Origin: Candidatus Woesearchaeota archaeon
GTDB taxonomy: Archaea > Nanobdellota > Nanobdellia > Woesearchaeales > UBA11576
NCBI GenBank assembly: GCA_018675335.1
Contig: JABGYH010000007.1
Location: 308,232-372,231 of the forward strand
DNA length: 64,000 bases
Direction: 5' to 3'
In this document: positions 31,001 to 38,718 of the stretch, one piece after another
Numbering within the stretch: position 1 is the stretch's first letter
Layout of the letters: each line of letters opens with the position of its first letter
Made by a program: the position numbers and the translations under genes
Notes under the pieces: generated by a model
What the model saw: only the letters and a program-made list of their open reading frames with translations
Databases searched by the model: none
Told to the model about the DNA's origin: nothing

Positions 31001-32832
31001 ACTGAGGGTTCATCAGTAAATACACCCATGTCAAAGTTACCCATAATTAAACAATTAGTAATAACTGAATTATTCACATATTGATCAATTTCAATTCCTC
31101 TGTCAGTAATTCCTTGAATAGCAAAACCTGCGCAATCAAGAGCTACATTATTAGCATTGATGTTAAGACCATTTGTGGAACAACTAGTAATATTATCAAC
31201 CAAATAAGTATGTTCAACAGTCAAATCAGAATTACAAAATGTAGAAGTACCATCACCAATCCAAGCATAACCACAATCAAAAGATGCAGGGAAATTTTTA
31301 GCAGTTAATGTGTAATTATTACCAACACCGTTGATACAGAAGTTGTTGTTGCCATTATCTAAAATGCCATTTCCATAAAAAATATTATTGGAAAAATTAT
31401 TATATTCTCCAGAATTAAGGTCTAAATCATATTTAGAGTTTCCAGCATTAATAAAAACATTATTTATGAAACTATTATTATTTCCCCCTTGCAAATAAAC
31501 TCCCGATCCAGTTGTGCTATTAATAGTATTATTTTCAAATAAACCATATTCTCCAACTTGTTGTATGCCATAAATAACATTGTTTAAATTGGTGTTAAAT
31601 ACTCTTAAGTAATCTGCATTATTTGAAGCGCCAATACCATATGAAAAATTATTAATTATACAATTATTTATGGTGATATTGGAATGAGGATTGTTAAATA
31701 AATCTACTCCAAAATTAAACTGGGTTCCATCACCGAGAATAAGATGGTCGTCACAATCTAAATTAAGATTATCCTCCCCAATGTTGAGTCCATTACCAGA
31801 ACAAGTAGATTCTCCAGTAGCTCGAGTTAAATTTTCAGTTAAAATTAAGTTGCCAATAACAGTTACGCCACAAACAGGAGGCAAAGTTTCTGGAGAATAT
31901 GCTTCAGTCAAATTACTACAAGGATAGGCATCCATTTCTACTCCTTCTACGTAATAGTTACCATAATAGTTTGATGAAGTTGTAAATCTTCCCGCAGTAA
32001 GTTCTGAAGTTACAGGCCCACAATAATAACTAGTTCCTGCAGATACATCATTAACATTACCACTTAGAAAAGTATTTAGCCAAAATTGGTTATTTGTCGA
32101 CGATCCAGTCACATTAATGTTAGTTTCCATATCTGAAAAAGTATTTCCTACAAAATTATTGGAGTCCGCATTTGAAAGCGAAACGTCAACCTTACCATTT
32201 TCTTCATTATCCAAAATATTAAATGAAAAATTGTTATTATCCGCACTAGTATCAAAAACTACTGCATGATCTTTAGTAGTATTACAATCATATATAGAAT
32301 TGTTAAAAAATAAATTATAATCTCCTTGTATATGTATGCATGAATCCGTAGAATCATGGAAGGTATTGTTCGTAAAATTTGAATATCTCACATTATCAAA
32401 CAAAATTACATTAATCACAAACCCTGAAATATCGCAATTTCTAATTGTAGTATAATTCCACTGATAACCAACATTAAAAATATTAATGCCATAATCCTGA
32501 TCATACAAAGCATAATCGCCACTAATTTCAAATCCACCACAATCCAAAGTTACATTGTTTGCACCTATATAGAATCCATTACCCGTACAGGCTAAGCCCT
32601 CATCTAAAGTATAAACTCCATTTTCAGTTGCTAAAGTATCACCACAGGCAAGAGTTTGCCCAGGTGTTTTGACTGCCATCCCAGTTATTGTTGGATCGCC
32701 TGGAAGGATTATTGCTGCTGCTATTAAAGAACCAATCAAAGCTATTACTGCCACTACTGAAAGTAGTTCTGCATTCTTGTTTGATCTCATAAAACCTCTT
32801 TTCTCTTTTTGTTCTTTAGTAGTCAGGTTCAT
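22084..32832 (-). CDS. giant 3582-aa surface protein (parallel beta-helix, Cys/Asp metal-binding motif, FN3/Ig-like, beta-propeller and cadherin-like modules)
   Basis: N-terminal TM; NVTLDC.G..I.G beta-helix units; DYDNDSYFIPQDCNDNNPAVNPGA; IVWADNRSGDWNIF propeller; F.DPD/VNDAP cadherin-like motifs; many NxS/T sequons. Confidence 0.85.
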   Translation of the reverse strand: MNLTTKEQKEKRGFMRSNKNAELLSVVAVIALIGSLIAAAIILPGDPTITGMAVKTPGQTLACGDTLATENGVYTLDEGLACTGNGFYIGANNVTLDCGGFEISGDYALYDQDYGINIFNVGYQWNYTTIRNCDISGFVINVILFDNVRYSNFTNNTFHDSTDSCIHIQGDYNLFFNNSIYDCNTTKDHAVVFDTSADNNNFSFNILDNEENGKVDVSLSNADSNNFVGNTFSDMETNINVTGSSTNNQFWLNTFLSGNVNDVSAGTSYYCGPVTSELTAGRFTTSSNYYGNYYVEGVEMDAYPCSNLTEAYSPETLPPVCGVTVIGNLILTENLTRATGESTCSGNGLNIGEDNLNLDCDDHLILGDGTQFNFGVDLFNNPHSNITINNCIINNFSYGIGASNNADYLRVFNTNLNNVIYGIQQVGEYGLFENNTINSTTGSGVYLQGGNNNSFINNVFINAGNSKYDLDLNSGEYNNFSNNIFYGNGILDNGNNNFCINGVGNNYTLTAKNFPASFDCGYAWIGDGTSTFCNSDLTVEHTYLVDNITSCSTNGLNINANNVALDCAGFAIQGITDRGIEIDQYVNNSVITNCLIMGNFDMGVFTDEPSVNISIINNSISGSSYGIYLDSNLSLIENNSFINSTISGIGVVSSSNIIYNNYFNSSGNDLAFIENNEGNLVSNNLFLKGIGEDYLTNNTFCQNNTGNFHPAGATIPDTECGLKTSPPIDAAFETSEDVVNLTWNSVGNFDAITYQVDLYKNDTGVEGTFYGSVTLTDTEVNNYFEWTPYNQITYGDPQNTSFYYNVTPLAYGVIGFTNQSDFFNVSKATDYDNDSYFIPQDCNDNNPAVNPGALNHSNSSVDHCTDLADRLIDWDCDGDIGWDEPDCGEGFNQAEYTYNFTLIDELDSAENVLLENTYGSIEFLETINFKKMNLNYATIEQNSISVDSVLLYNLANKQVQLNLTNLSYEQIPALLRNGVLCNNSICPSSSRNYTNGIFSTQVNSFSNYSTTNNSKINTYTENGTLETYHRIWFYANYTKFFITDQGNDLSGQSINDQTGGDDFASTNNGSCTISISQSWNGLSKISNTPMIYDSNFGVYKFNNSVTNFTAPGVYNYNINCTSNKFENQSLSSTFTLVDDVTAPIAPILYKQIWLHPTNQSDNSTTVVAGYYDESDIESTIVILRVDEDENYEFSVDTQTNSEIYSTYEGESITLNYHAEEGQNVVLVEWTAEREDAFLTYDYVTFSNHDKTYFQRYAIDQANRTGNDIRVNFTDNLESIIPVGTQVTLYSTEYPSGHFQANVSLYGGVNRISVWGTDKKGNSGSATDDFINHPTGPVEAIPKLWDLPSVENEDFNVIGYIDEESLTHLNITVVIKDEDNEVSLLSQDVNNTSNQLGVLNISSNHAEGASYVFVSQAEYDSLDISESAWANYWVEFSNHDRTYWQRYNVTEIEDNPGEDPRIILDPTLESSVTTSADMVIHSAEWRHGFFNVSINISGNLTANQTNEIYAVGVKNETEGYKSISQYVYYDAGDAPVFYLGEISNVSASTETFIEFNVSDNNEVNISSLWINASKDDNFSIHAVSPESVNDSLGLNMSEFEDNILCSEINTSYYSCNVTLVLFNGTNNVKFNVSDYIGTEKINVTEINVILTNVSIGWVRDYNNWDVTSKNWIWANWTLASGSEDTDLDYYQVSVGKDPSLVDKLNWVNISKQTKEINITHTGSEIESAYNFTFLTNEVYYFNVRAVNLAGATSAPVSSDGILYIDDSAPACEGNCVSQGASAWANSQSSLNASWNFTDAESEIIGYEYSIGTGTNEWEASFDSVHPLTQTSQTSVLVSNLILEEGVKYYFNVRAKSGNSFSNYSSGWSEFFSSAGITTDFTEPVGGAISYVGGDYDIESVDIFYNSGGDNGSGLDNGLDTPSNSVAGIKNVSLWMGTSSLPVGLNNTCPPIYDFNLIHYLTPSNGLAESIEDVNLISGKCHAFKLHVYDGAGNLKVYDSGAIQKVMKSDLTGPTLISSVTDQGFQTFDSSYLHASWTPSSDPETGIDHYAWEILQYNPEDDQCGGDIPNSCPAVSGASGNVTNSEVSVSGLSLDNQIKYYFKITPYNGFNNPNASTYSNGIIYIDNSAPTAPEVYQINDDSNPGDGWIFVNETDKDVTINFNAEEASECVLTYVDIGYSSNENIQECDNFTLTNYSCTNTTVNRFNVGGEISTGGQGNFTWYISCRDSQGVAQDHTQNTNVNFIINWPDAPQVFNVTVNNSDGEFVYADSIAFCSANYTDQDNNVDSALFQWFDDGVNFENSTNLFLSGNFTSAELNLSEYSITRDSTLSCAVNIADETERTNSSSGYVRVSNSAPAIPELIGVSNNTKTNSDIILSWNLTSDLDDDYFIYSIEIDNETSFNYSDNELNNFSRYEILTPSVATIADPDVFGDIIVWADNRSGDWNIFSRNIVTNNTAQITTTTSAETMPKIYKNKIYYQKTNGAQKDLLSYDLTTSKRSEVVTDFKSNTYDVEGNNLIYVNDSGIFNFKLDSLELVMINGVYGADAVSVKGGSFIWGDGSSVWMHDLQSNKSGEILSLADSESKLSMKLDYAGDNLSVFPIVVSSYSDNNGGTAVYFGNNNSFISYPEENFENSYFGDYSINNSLDGFFINQNNNQLIDESDSVTDYGFSDNIVVATNGSKIWIYERDLKLPTSIFISEPTGATAETFEVDTSNSEDGTYYWRVVACDNAVANNSCVYSTTRQFELDRTNPSVEFVFPDQDDIISGVVEFQTTITDNNAITERTYQVKYANNTNITYDNMTGSLPSNGDILLDFSDIENNVTNLTFIVTAKDEFNNTNQSFINFTVDKRAPQLIFGINDTNSSFIESGHIYNETNIDSGFQVTNAINSSFTIYDSQGLIKFKETQETVYAEDHNYTDLIYVGDWAEGEYVIQLNGENGAGPAETNPESREVYIDHSSPIIAQNQTMNVSGDAILTTVVASDSIYLSVNITDETLSLVNISFEYPNGTIVSKVSSVNETQNSTHYLDSGIYTFEVVDLHKFINKTLNWSVVAVDGNNDSTELPSSIFIESTPPIFMGAGIISILEDLSGTITLDDFFIDPDEDIDPTSDNLTYDVVPDPIELLDETLTVELINSTTGEYNITLGNDYVENITLIINVVDSYLIGFETQINISIIPVNDAPYFGGQIDNMSLTEDVSNISINLSEEFFDVDLDNLTYEYNLSNSNFTVVINDSTGIVNITPPANYSNSEDEILPTISFRAGDLINVSEWSPDITLNVTAFNDMPHIAPVITYPSSGEEYGGSINITWDAAEDIDNESLEYHVYFGFDSSQDITSFTNVANTTNNWYQWINSSYNVDYFGIKISAFDGLNYKNSTPVVVQLNVSTPGVDLYSPVNGGVYESLEIPLNFTVDELANCTIYLDGVVNKTYLNTLGNDTTINVSQGETVLNISCVDNLGTYGDPDIATFHALEDFIFIDNISFGSGWTFNDSGIDVALTLSSKNNIDSFNLTFILPNGSLSQYEADDFIPAISDADIEGDYNLSFDEVSQNGTYSIFINASDNESNLFDESYLNVFSSFEKVEQNVNVN

Positions 32833-32849
32833 CTTATTTATTAAATTTA

Positions 32850-33155
32850 TTATAACTCCTCGAGATTATTTTTGGATCGTGATTTTTTGTAAGTGTCAAC
32901 TGCTTTGTCAATTGATTTTTTCTTAAGTGGAATTTTGTCAGATTTTTCTTTTAATTTTTGAATTATTGGAGAATCGCTTGGAAGATCTTCACGTGGAATT
33001 TTTTTGAGTAGAATACCTTCATCAGAAATAGAAAATGCCCAAAAGCCCGTACCTTCACCTATTCCAAGCTCTTCACGAATGTCCTTAGGAATAACTATTT
33101 GCCCGCGTTTATCACACTGAACAATCTTTGGGTACTTCTTCACTTTAAAATACAA
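32850..33155 (-). CDS. AbrB/MazE/SpoVT-family DNA-binding protein
   Basis: DKRGQIVIPKDIREELGIGEG motif; TTG start after a GAGGCG RBS. Confidence 0.88.
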   Translation of the reverse strand: MYFKVKKYPKIVQCDKRGQIVIPKDIREELGIGEGTGFWAFSISDEGILLKKIPREDLPSDSPIIQKLKEKSDKIPLKKKSIDKAVDTYKKSRSKNNLEEL

Positions 33156-33168
33156 TCGCCTCTTTTAT

Positions 33169-33303
33169 TCTGAAAATCAGATTAAAACCTCTGAAATTCA
33201 TTTTAAACGTCTGATTTTCGTTTAAATTGTTTGAATTTCTTGAAAAAATTTAGTTTTTCTGAATTATTTAACTGAAAGTCTCACTTATATTCTGAAAATA
33301 AGA
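33169..33303. promoter_or_regulatory. array of TCTGA-N3-TCAGA-like operator sites
   Basis: tctgaaaatcaga (33169), tctgaaattca (33190), tctgattttcg (33210), tctgaatta (33258), tctgaaaataaga (33291). Confidence 0.45.
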
Positions 33304-33400
33304 AAAAGCATCGTATATAAATGTTTCTATTTTTTTAAAGCTTTAAACAAACTTAAAGTTAAGAAAACCTATTTAAATGAGCAAAGAATAGCAGATAGCC

Positions 33401-34036
33401 ATGAGTCGAAACTTTTTACTAGTGTCCTTGAATGACAAAAAGGCCAAAAAAATTGCAAGCGTAATTAAAAATCCTAGCTGCAAAAAAATACTCGATTACT
33501 TGGCAGGAAAAGAGAGAAGTACAGAAACCGAGATTAGTAAAAAACTTGAAATGCCGATTTCAACAGTGCACTACAGCATAAAACAATTAGTTGAGGCAAA
33601 ACTTGTCAAAAGTGATGAATATACTTACAGCGAAAAAGGAAAAGAAATAAATCACTATAAACTAGCAAATAAATATGTAATCATCGCACCCGAAGAAGAT
33701 AAAAAAGGTTTACGAGAAAAATTAAAAACAATCATCCCCGTTGCACTAATTACAGGAGCACTAGGATTTGTTGCCAGTTTATTTGGAAAAAGCATAGGAT
33801 CATTTGGCTCAAGTATTTCAACGACAAAAATAATGGCAGCACAAGATATGGCAACTGAAAGTGCTCAAGTCATGACTGCAGAAGTTGCAAGCTTTAAATC
33901 AGCACCAATTGCCAGTCAAGCAAGTAACATGTGCGGAGTTGATATTCTAACTTACTTTGGATGGTTTATTTTTGGTGCAATTACAGGAATTGGAATTTAT
34001 TTACTGATAAAATATTTAATTAAACGATTTTCTTAA
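33401..34036 (+). CDS. membrane-anchored ArsR-type HTH regulator
   Basis: KKILDYL...ETEISKKLEMPISTVHYSIKQLVEAKLV, followed by two TM helices. Confidence 0.85.
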   Translation: MSRNFLLVSLNDKKAKKIASVIKNPSCKKILDYLAGKERSTETEISKKLEMPISTVHYSIKQLVEAKLVKSDEYTYSEKGKEINHYKLANKYVIIAPEEDKKGLREKLKTIIPVALITGALGFVASLFGKSIGSFGSSISTTKIMAAQDMATESAQVMTAEVASFKSAPIASQASNMCGVDILTYFGWFIFGAITGIGIYLLIKYLIKRFS

Positions 34037-34163
34037 AATAATCTCATCATGTTATTTTTATGTTATTCTATTTTTAAACTACCTCTCAATTTTAAAATAA
34101 TAACTTTAACCTAAATTAAAGCTTACTCGTCAGAATAAATAACATAATAGTTCTACCTAGTAT

Positions 34164-35333
34164 TTGGTGATACTAATGAAAAAAATAATCTTACTCATTT
34201 CAATACTTATGTGTTTAACACTGTTAAGTTTTGTTAACGGCACAGAAATAACCCATTATCCAGGAAATCCAAATATTGGCTTTGAAAATACTGCAAACTA
34301 CAATGTAATATTTGATGGAGAAGGGGAAGCAGAAATTATTGCAAAAATAAATATGATTAATTTGAATTCTGAATTGAATACAATAATTCTCGAAATTCCC
34401 GGAAATATTCGAATAATTAATGCAATACAAGAATATGATGCATCAGATCGAGATGAACAAACAGACGAACAAAGAAATAAGTATTATTACAATAACCCAA
34501 AACATTACGCAAAAATAAATTATTCAAAAACAGGGTTTTCAGAAACAAATGTTTACGAATTTAAGCTTGCAAACCCAACCCGCGAACTAGAAAGTACAAG
34601 CATAATTTTACACTACAAAGCGAACGGATACGTACAACCAGGATTTAATAAAAAGTTTGAATTTAAAACAATAAAAATTGGACATGATCAAACAAACGTT
34701 CGAGTAGCAATAGATGTCGTTGATGGTTTATATCTTAAAAATGGAAAAAGCAAAATAGGATATTACAACAATTACGGCGTTTTTGATAGTGCAAAAGGAA
34801 TGCAAAGTAGGGAAATTTCTCAAGCAGTATCGCGAATTGGATACACCGGACAATACACAAAACAAACAGGAGGACTCGATCCTTGGGAAACATATAATGT
34901 TTACGGAACTTATACTGACTCTTGGTTAGTTTACAACCTAACACCCATAATTGTTATTTTAGGCCTAATCAGTTTAGTTTTTTTCATCGGAATAATTGGT
35001 TTTAAAAAACTTAAGAAAACAAAAGAACCAAAACTAAAAAGTTATTTAGCAGGAATTGGAAGCGTAATTGGAATTTCAATTTTATGGGGGCTCGAAATAT
35101 TTTTACTTGTTAATTTGCGAGACCTTGTGGGATATCAATATGATGACTTAATTGGTGCTTTGAGTTTTATCATAATACTGCTGATTACTCTTGTGACTCT
35201 TATTTTAACTCCAATTTATGTCGGACTCAAAAGTAAAAGTAACTATGGCTTTATGGTGGTCGTTGTACAAGTCATTAGTGCAATTATAATATTAGTATTA
35301 GGCACAGTAATTTTAGTTATCTTAGGAGTTTGA
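34164..35333 (+). CDS. hypothetical exported-domain protein with 4 C-terminal TM helices
   Basis: Signal peptide (likely start ATG 34176), beta-rich domain, hydrophobic C-terminus. Confidence 0.7.
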   Translation: MVILMKKIILLISILMCLTLLSFVNGTEITHYPGNPNIGFENTANYNVIFDGEGEAEIIAKINMINLNSELNTIILEIPGNIRIINAIQEYDASDRDEQTDEQRNKYYYNNPKHYAKINYSKTGFSETNVYEFKLANPTRELESTSIILHYKANGYVQPGFNKKFEFKTIKIGHDQTNVRVAIDVVDGLYLKNGKSKIGYYNNYGVFDSAKGMQSREISQAVSRIGYTGQYTKQTGGLDPWETYNVYGTYTDSWLVYNLTPIIVILGLISLVFFIGIIGFKKLKKTKEPKLKSYLAGIGSVIGISILWGLEIFLLVNLRDLVGYQYDDLIGALSFIIILLITLVTLILTPIYVGLKSKSNYGFMVVVVQVISAIIILVLGTVILVILGV

Positions 35334-35465
35334 GTAATTGTTTAAAAAAATAATTTTTTTATTTTTATTTATTATGTTAATTTTTCAATTCTAATTGTTA
35401 AAATCAATAACTTAAACTCAAATTAATTGATAAGTTTTAAATAACCTAAAATCTTTTTTATTCTT

Positions 35466-35930
35466 ATGAGTTTAAAAAATAATAAAGCAATTATTGTAAC
35501 TGGAACACCAGGCACAGGTAAAACCACATTTGCGAAGAAACTTACTCGCAAAGAAAAACTCAAAATCATCGATGTCACTAAATTTATTAAAACTGAAAAA
35601 TTAAGCCAAGGATATGACGTTGAAAAACAATGCGAAATTATTGATGAATTAATTCTTAAGAAAAAACTAATAGAACAAATAAAAAAAAATGAATCTACAA
35701 GTAGTAAAAAATTAATTATAGATAGTCACATGTCACAAATACTGCCAAAAAAATATGTAGAAAAGTGTTATGTAACCAAATGCAATCTAAAAGAATTGAA
35801 AAAAAGACTTAAAACCCGAAAATATTCTAAAGAAAAAATAAAAGAAAATCTGGATTGCGAAATATTTGATATATGTTTAACTGAAGCTCAAGAGAAAAAA
35901 TACGAAATAGAAATCATCCACACAGATTAA
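35466..35930 (+). CDS. adenylate kinase 6 / Fap7 family
   Basis: VTGTPGTGKTT, IIDSH, RLKTRKYSKEKIKENL motifs. Confidence 0.9.
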   Translation: MSLKNNKAIIVTGTPGTGKTTFAKKLTRKEKLKIIDVTKFIKTEKLSQGYDVEKQCEIIDELILKKKLIEQIKKNESTSSKKLIIDSHMSQILPKKYVEKCYVTKCNLKELKKRLKTRKYSKEKIKENLDCEIFDICLTEAQEKKYEIEIIHTD

Positions 35931-35955
35931 ATAAAAAATAAAACACTATTTCTTG

Positions 35956-36018
35956 AAATTAAATGTTATTTATGCTAAATTAAATATTATTTATGCTAAA
36001 TTAAATATTATTTATACT
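35956..36018. repeat. 21-bp AT-rich tandem repeat (3 copies)
   Basis: aaattaaatattatttatgct x3 between convergent genes. Confidence 0.7.
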
Positions 36019-36105
36019 ATTTAAAAAAATTAATTTTAGTATTTTACAACAATATAAAAATAAAATAAGAAAAAAAATTAAAAATATAAAAAAAATATTA
36101 AGTTA

Positions 36106-37392
36106 TTATTTATCTAAAGCTTCCGCAGTAAGAATAGTTATCCTACTTTCTTTAACTTTAGAGTCCATACCAACAATATATTTGATTTCGCTACGTTCAA
36201 CAGTTGCAACTAAAACTTTGTCAACAATCCCATCTAAGATTATTGCATGAACGCCAGAAGTTAAACTCTTAATAGTCCCAACAAGCTCTGTTACTGGAAC
36301 TTTACCAAGAATATTTAACTTTGGATCAAGAATATATGCTCCTCTCGTACCAATTAAATCCTCTAGCATTTTTTTGAAAGTTGCCTTTTCTGGTTCAGAT
36401 AGCGCAGGCTTTCTCACAAACCTAGGATTAGGTGCAGATCTAAGCTTTGGCAATGGTTGCCTTCCTTGAGGTGGTGCTCTAGAATTATTTTGAACTGGAG
36501 CAGACCTTCTTTGAGGAACAGCTTGATGACTCGCAGATGGGCGAGGCATAGGCCTTTTGTTAGCAAAGTCCAATTTAGCTTGTTCTGCTGAAATTTTCGA
36601 ACGCAAACATTTGTGAAGTTCTTTTTGAGTTAATTCTTCAACTTCTTTCCCATCAGGCGCTTTAGTTACAAAATCAAGTTCTGCAACTTGGATTAATTCC
36701 TGAACGTTTAAATCTCCGCCACGATCTCCATCTACAAAAGCACACATTATTTTTCTTTTGGACAAATCAATAATTGTTTGAGGAACAGATGAACCATTCA
36801 TAGCAATTACGTTTTTGAAACCATGCTTAAGCAAATTTAAAACATCTGCGCGACCTTCAACAAGAATAATTTCTTCAGAATCATCAATTGATGGCCCTGC
36901 TGGAAGTCTATCCCTACCATACTCTCTAATTTCCATAACTCTAACTGAATAAGCAACTTCATCTGCTAATTCTTGAGAATCAGGAAGAACCGTATCCGCA
37001 AGAGTCTTTAAAAGTTCTTTTGCTCTGTCAATAACAAATGATCTTTTCGAAATTCTAACATCTTCGATTTTAGTAACTTTGATTTTAGCATTGCACGGGC
37101 CTATTCTTTGAATAATCTCTAATGCAGCACCAATAATACAAGTTTCAGCTTTATCTAATGAAGACGGAACGATAATTGCCCCAGTAGTTTTACCTGCTCT
37201 TGTTTCAACATTAACCTCAATACGGCCAATACGACCAGATCTTTGAAGTTCTCTTAATTCTAAATCAGATCCTAAAAGACCCTCAGTTTGACCAAAAATA
37301 GCACCAACAACATCAGGGCGATCAACAACTCCCTCAATATCAATAGTTGAATGGACTATATATTTTGCACTTACTTGACTAATTTTTGCCAT
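36106..37392 (-). CDS. dnaG: archaeal DnaG-like protein (TOPRIM)
   Basis: GAIFGQTEGLLG, ELQRSGRIGRI, LVEGRADV, DGDRGG motifs. Confidence 0.96.
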   Translation of the reverse strand: MAKISQVSAKYIVHSTIDIEGVVDRPDVVGAIFGQTEGLLGSDLELRELQRSGRIGRIEVNVETRAGKTTGAIIVPSSLDKAETCIIGAALEIIQRIGPCNAKIKVTKIEDVRISKRSFVIDRAKELLKTLADTVLPDSQELADEVAYSVRVMEIREYGRDRLPAGPSIDDSEEIILVEGRADVLNLLKHGFKNVIAMNGSSVPQTIIDLSKRKIMCAFVDGDRGGDLNVQELIQVAELDFVTKAPDGKEVEELTQKELHKCLRSKISAEQAKLDFANKRPMPRPSASHQAVPQRRSAPVQNNSRAPPQGRQPLPKLRSAPNPRFVRKPALSEPEKATFKKMLEDLIGTRGAYILDPKLNILGKVPVTELVGTIKSLTSGVHAIILDGIVDKVLVATVERSEIKYIVGMDSKVKESRITILTAEALDK

Positions 37393-37803
37393 GTGTATCC
37401 TCCTCTATCTTGCAAATAACAAATACAATCAATTAGAATAAGTACTTACGATCCCCACTTTGAAAGTTACAGTTCAATTTGCGCAATGGATTTAATTAAA
37501 TTTAGACGAATTTAACCAATATTAATTAATATCTAAACTGGTTGATATCTAATCGATAAAATATCCAATCTGTTTAACATCCAATAAAAACAATGCAAAA
37601 TGAAACTGTGTGAGCATGCAAGTAACCTCCTTCTCAAAGACTAAATAGAACAACCTGTTACAAATAATGTATTAAATTAATTAAATTTAATGAATATGAT
37701 GAATATGAAATATTTGTTCTATTTAACTTATTGATTGTATTTGTATAACGCTTTAAATCGGCTTTGAAAGCCTTTTTGTTTTTTAAATGATAAATATGAA
37801 ATA

Positions 37804-37958
37804 AAATGTTGCCCGAGACACTAACTCCCAAGTTCATCGCTTGCATTTAGCGACAGCTCAATTGAGTACTCTCGTGACGGGCTGTACCACGCAAGAGTGT
37901 CTTCAAATCATCGATAGACCTTACGTCAGGCTCAAAAAAGGACCCATTTACGCAGTTT
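37804..37958 (-). ncRNA. two-hairpin H/ACA pseudouridylation guide RNA
   Basis: Hairpin 1: basal stem ACUGCGUAA/UUGCGUGGU then ACA (37885-83). Hairpin 2: basal stem GCCCG/CGGGC, pocket, upper stem ACUC/GAGU, K-turn (AGC-GAU-GA/UUGA-GCU), ACA (37809-07) 14 nt from the pocket top. TATA at 37992-85. Confidence 0.75.
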
Positions 37959-38089
37959 TATGAGTTTATATAGTGAACATGACATATATAAACTTTTGTT
38001 TTCGAAGTTAGAAAATTAAACTATATAAATGTTTCGATTATTTATTACTGTTTAGTAGTATTTATCGTTGCTTGCGGTTTTGTAATATT

Positions 38090-38569
38090 TTAATCACAAA
38101 TACGATAACTTGCAACCAAATTAGAAAAATCAAAATCCATAATTACAATTAAATTACCAGAAGAAACATATTCACTATATTTTTTCGAAATACGCCCAAC
38201 CAAACTAGACCCTTCCACACTCGAACTCACAACTAAATCTAAAGTTTTTGCTAAATAAACCTCTACCAACGCTTCATTTTTTCTCCTACCCACATAAGTA
38301 ATACCATTTAATGCATCATGAGCATAAACTCCCGCTAATTTTTGAAATGAAGTATATTTTTTTTCTTGAACTTGTGCCGAAAATAATTTTTTACGTAACC
38401 TGCGCAGAGTTTTAGGATGAAGTGCAGTTACATTCCCATTAATTAACCTGTGAATTAGCGATTGAGAAACTCCAATTAACTCTGCAGTCTCCCTTTGAGA
38501 ATAATCTGCAGAATATTTTATGAGCGCTAATCTAACTTCAGCAATATCTTCCTCAGTAATTACTGCCAT
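38090..38569 (-). CDS. XRE-type HTH protein
   Basis: YSQRETAELIGVSQSLIHRLING. Confidence 0.75.
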   Translation of the reverse strand: MAVITEEDIAEVRLALIKYSADYSQRETAELIGVSQSLIHRLINGNVTALHPKTLRRLRKKLFSAQVQEKKYTSFQKLAGVYAHDALNGITYVGRRKNEALVEVYLAKTLDLVVSSSVEGSSLVGRISKKYSEYVSSGNLIVIMDFDFSNLVASYRICD

Positions 38570-38718
38570 AAAAATTGATTAATTTACTAACACATAAAAG
38601 TTTGATTCTATTCATCACTAGTTTGATATATAAATAAAGATATAAATGGGAGGGGACTTCTTTAAAAATACACACAACAAACTAGGTTAAACTACCAAAA
38701 TTCAAGTGAAATATTAAA

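Noticed and set aside
37658-37846. 62-aa ORF
   Set aside because: Begins inside the H/ACA RNA, has AT-rich non-coding composition and no RBS
37804-37958. RNase P RNA, SRP RNA, 5S rRNA or pistol-type ribozyme/pseudoknot
   Set aside because: No GAGGAAAGUCC, no SRP helix-8 GGAA/AGCA motif, no 5S or pistol core; the GCCCG/CGGGC pairing is explained more simply as an H/ACA basal stem
38090-38569. Prophage or mobile element around the XRE gene
   Set aside because: No integrase, transposase, att repeats or viral genes nearby
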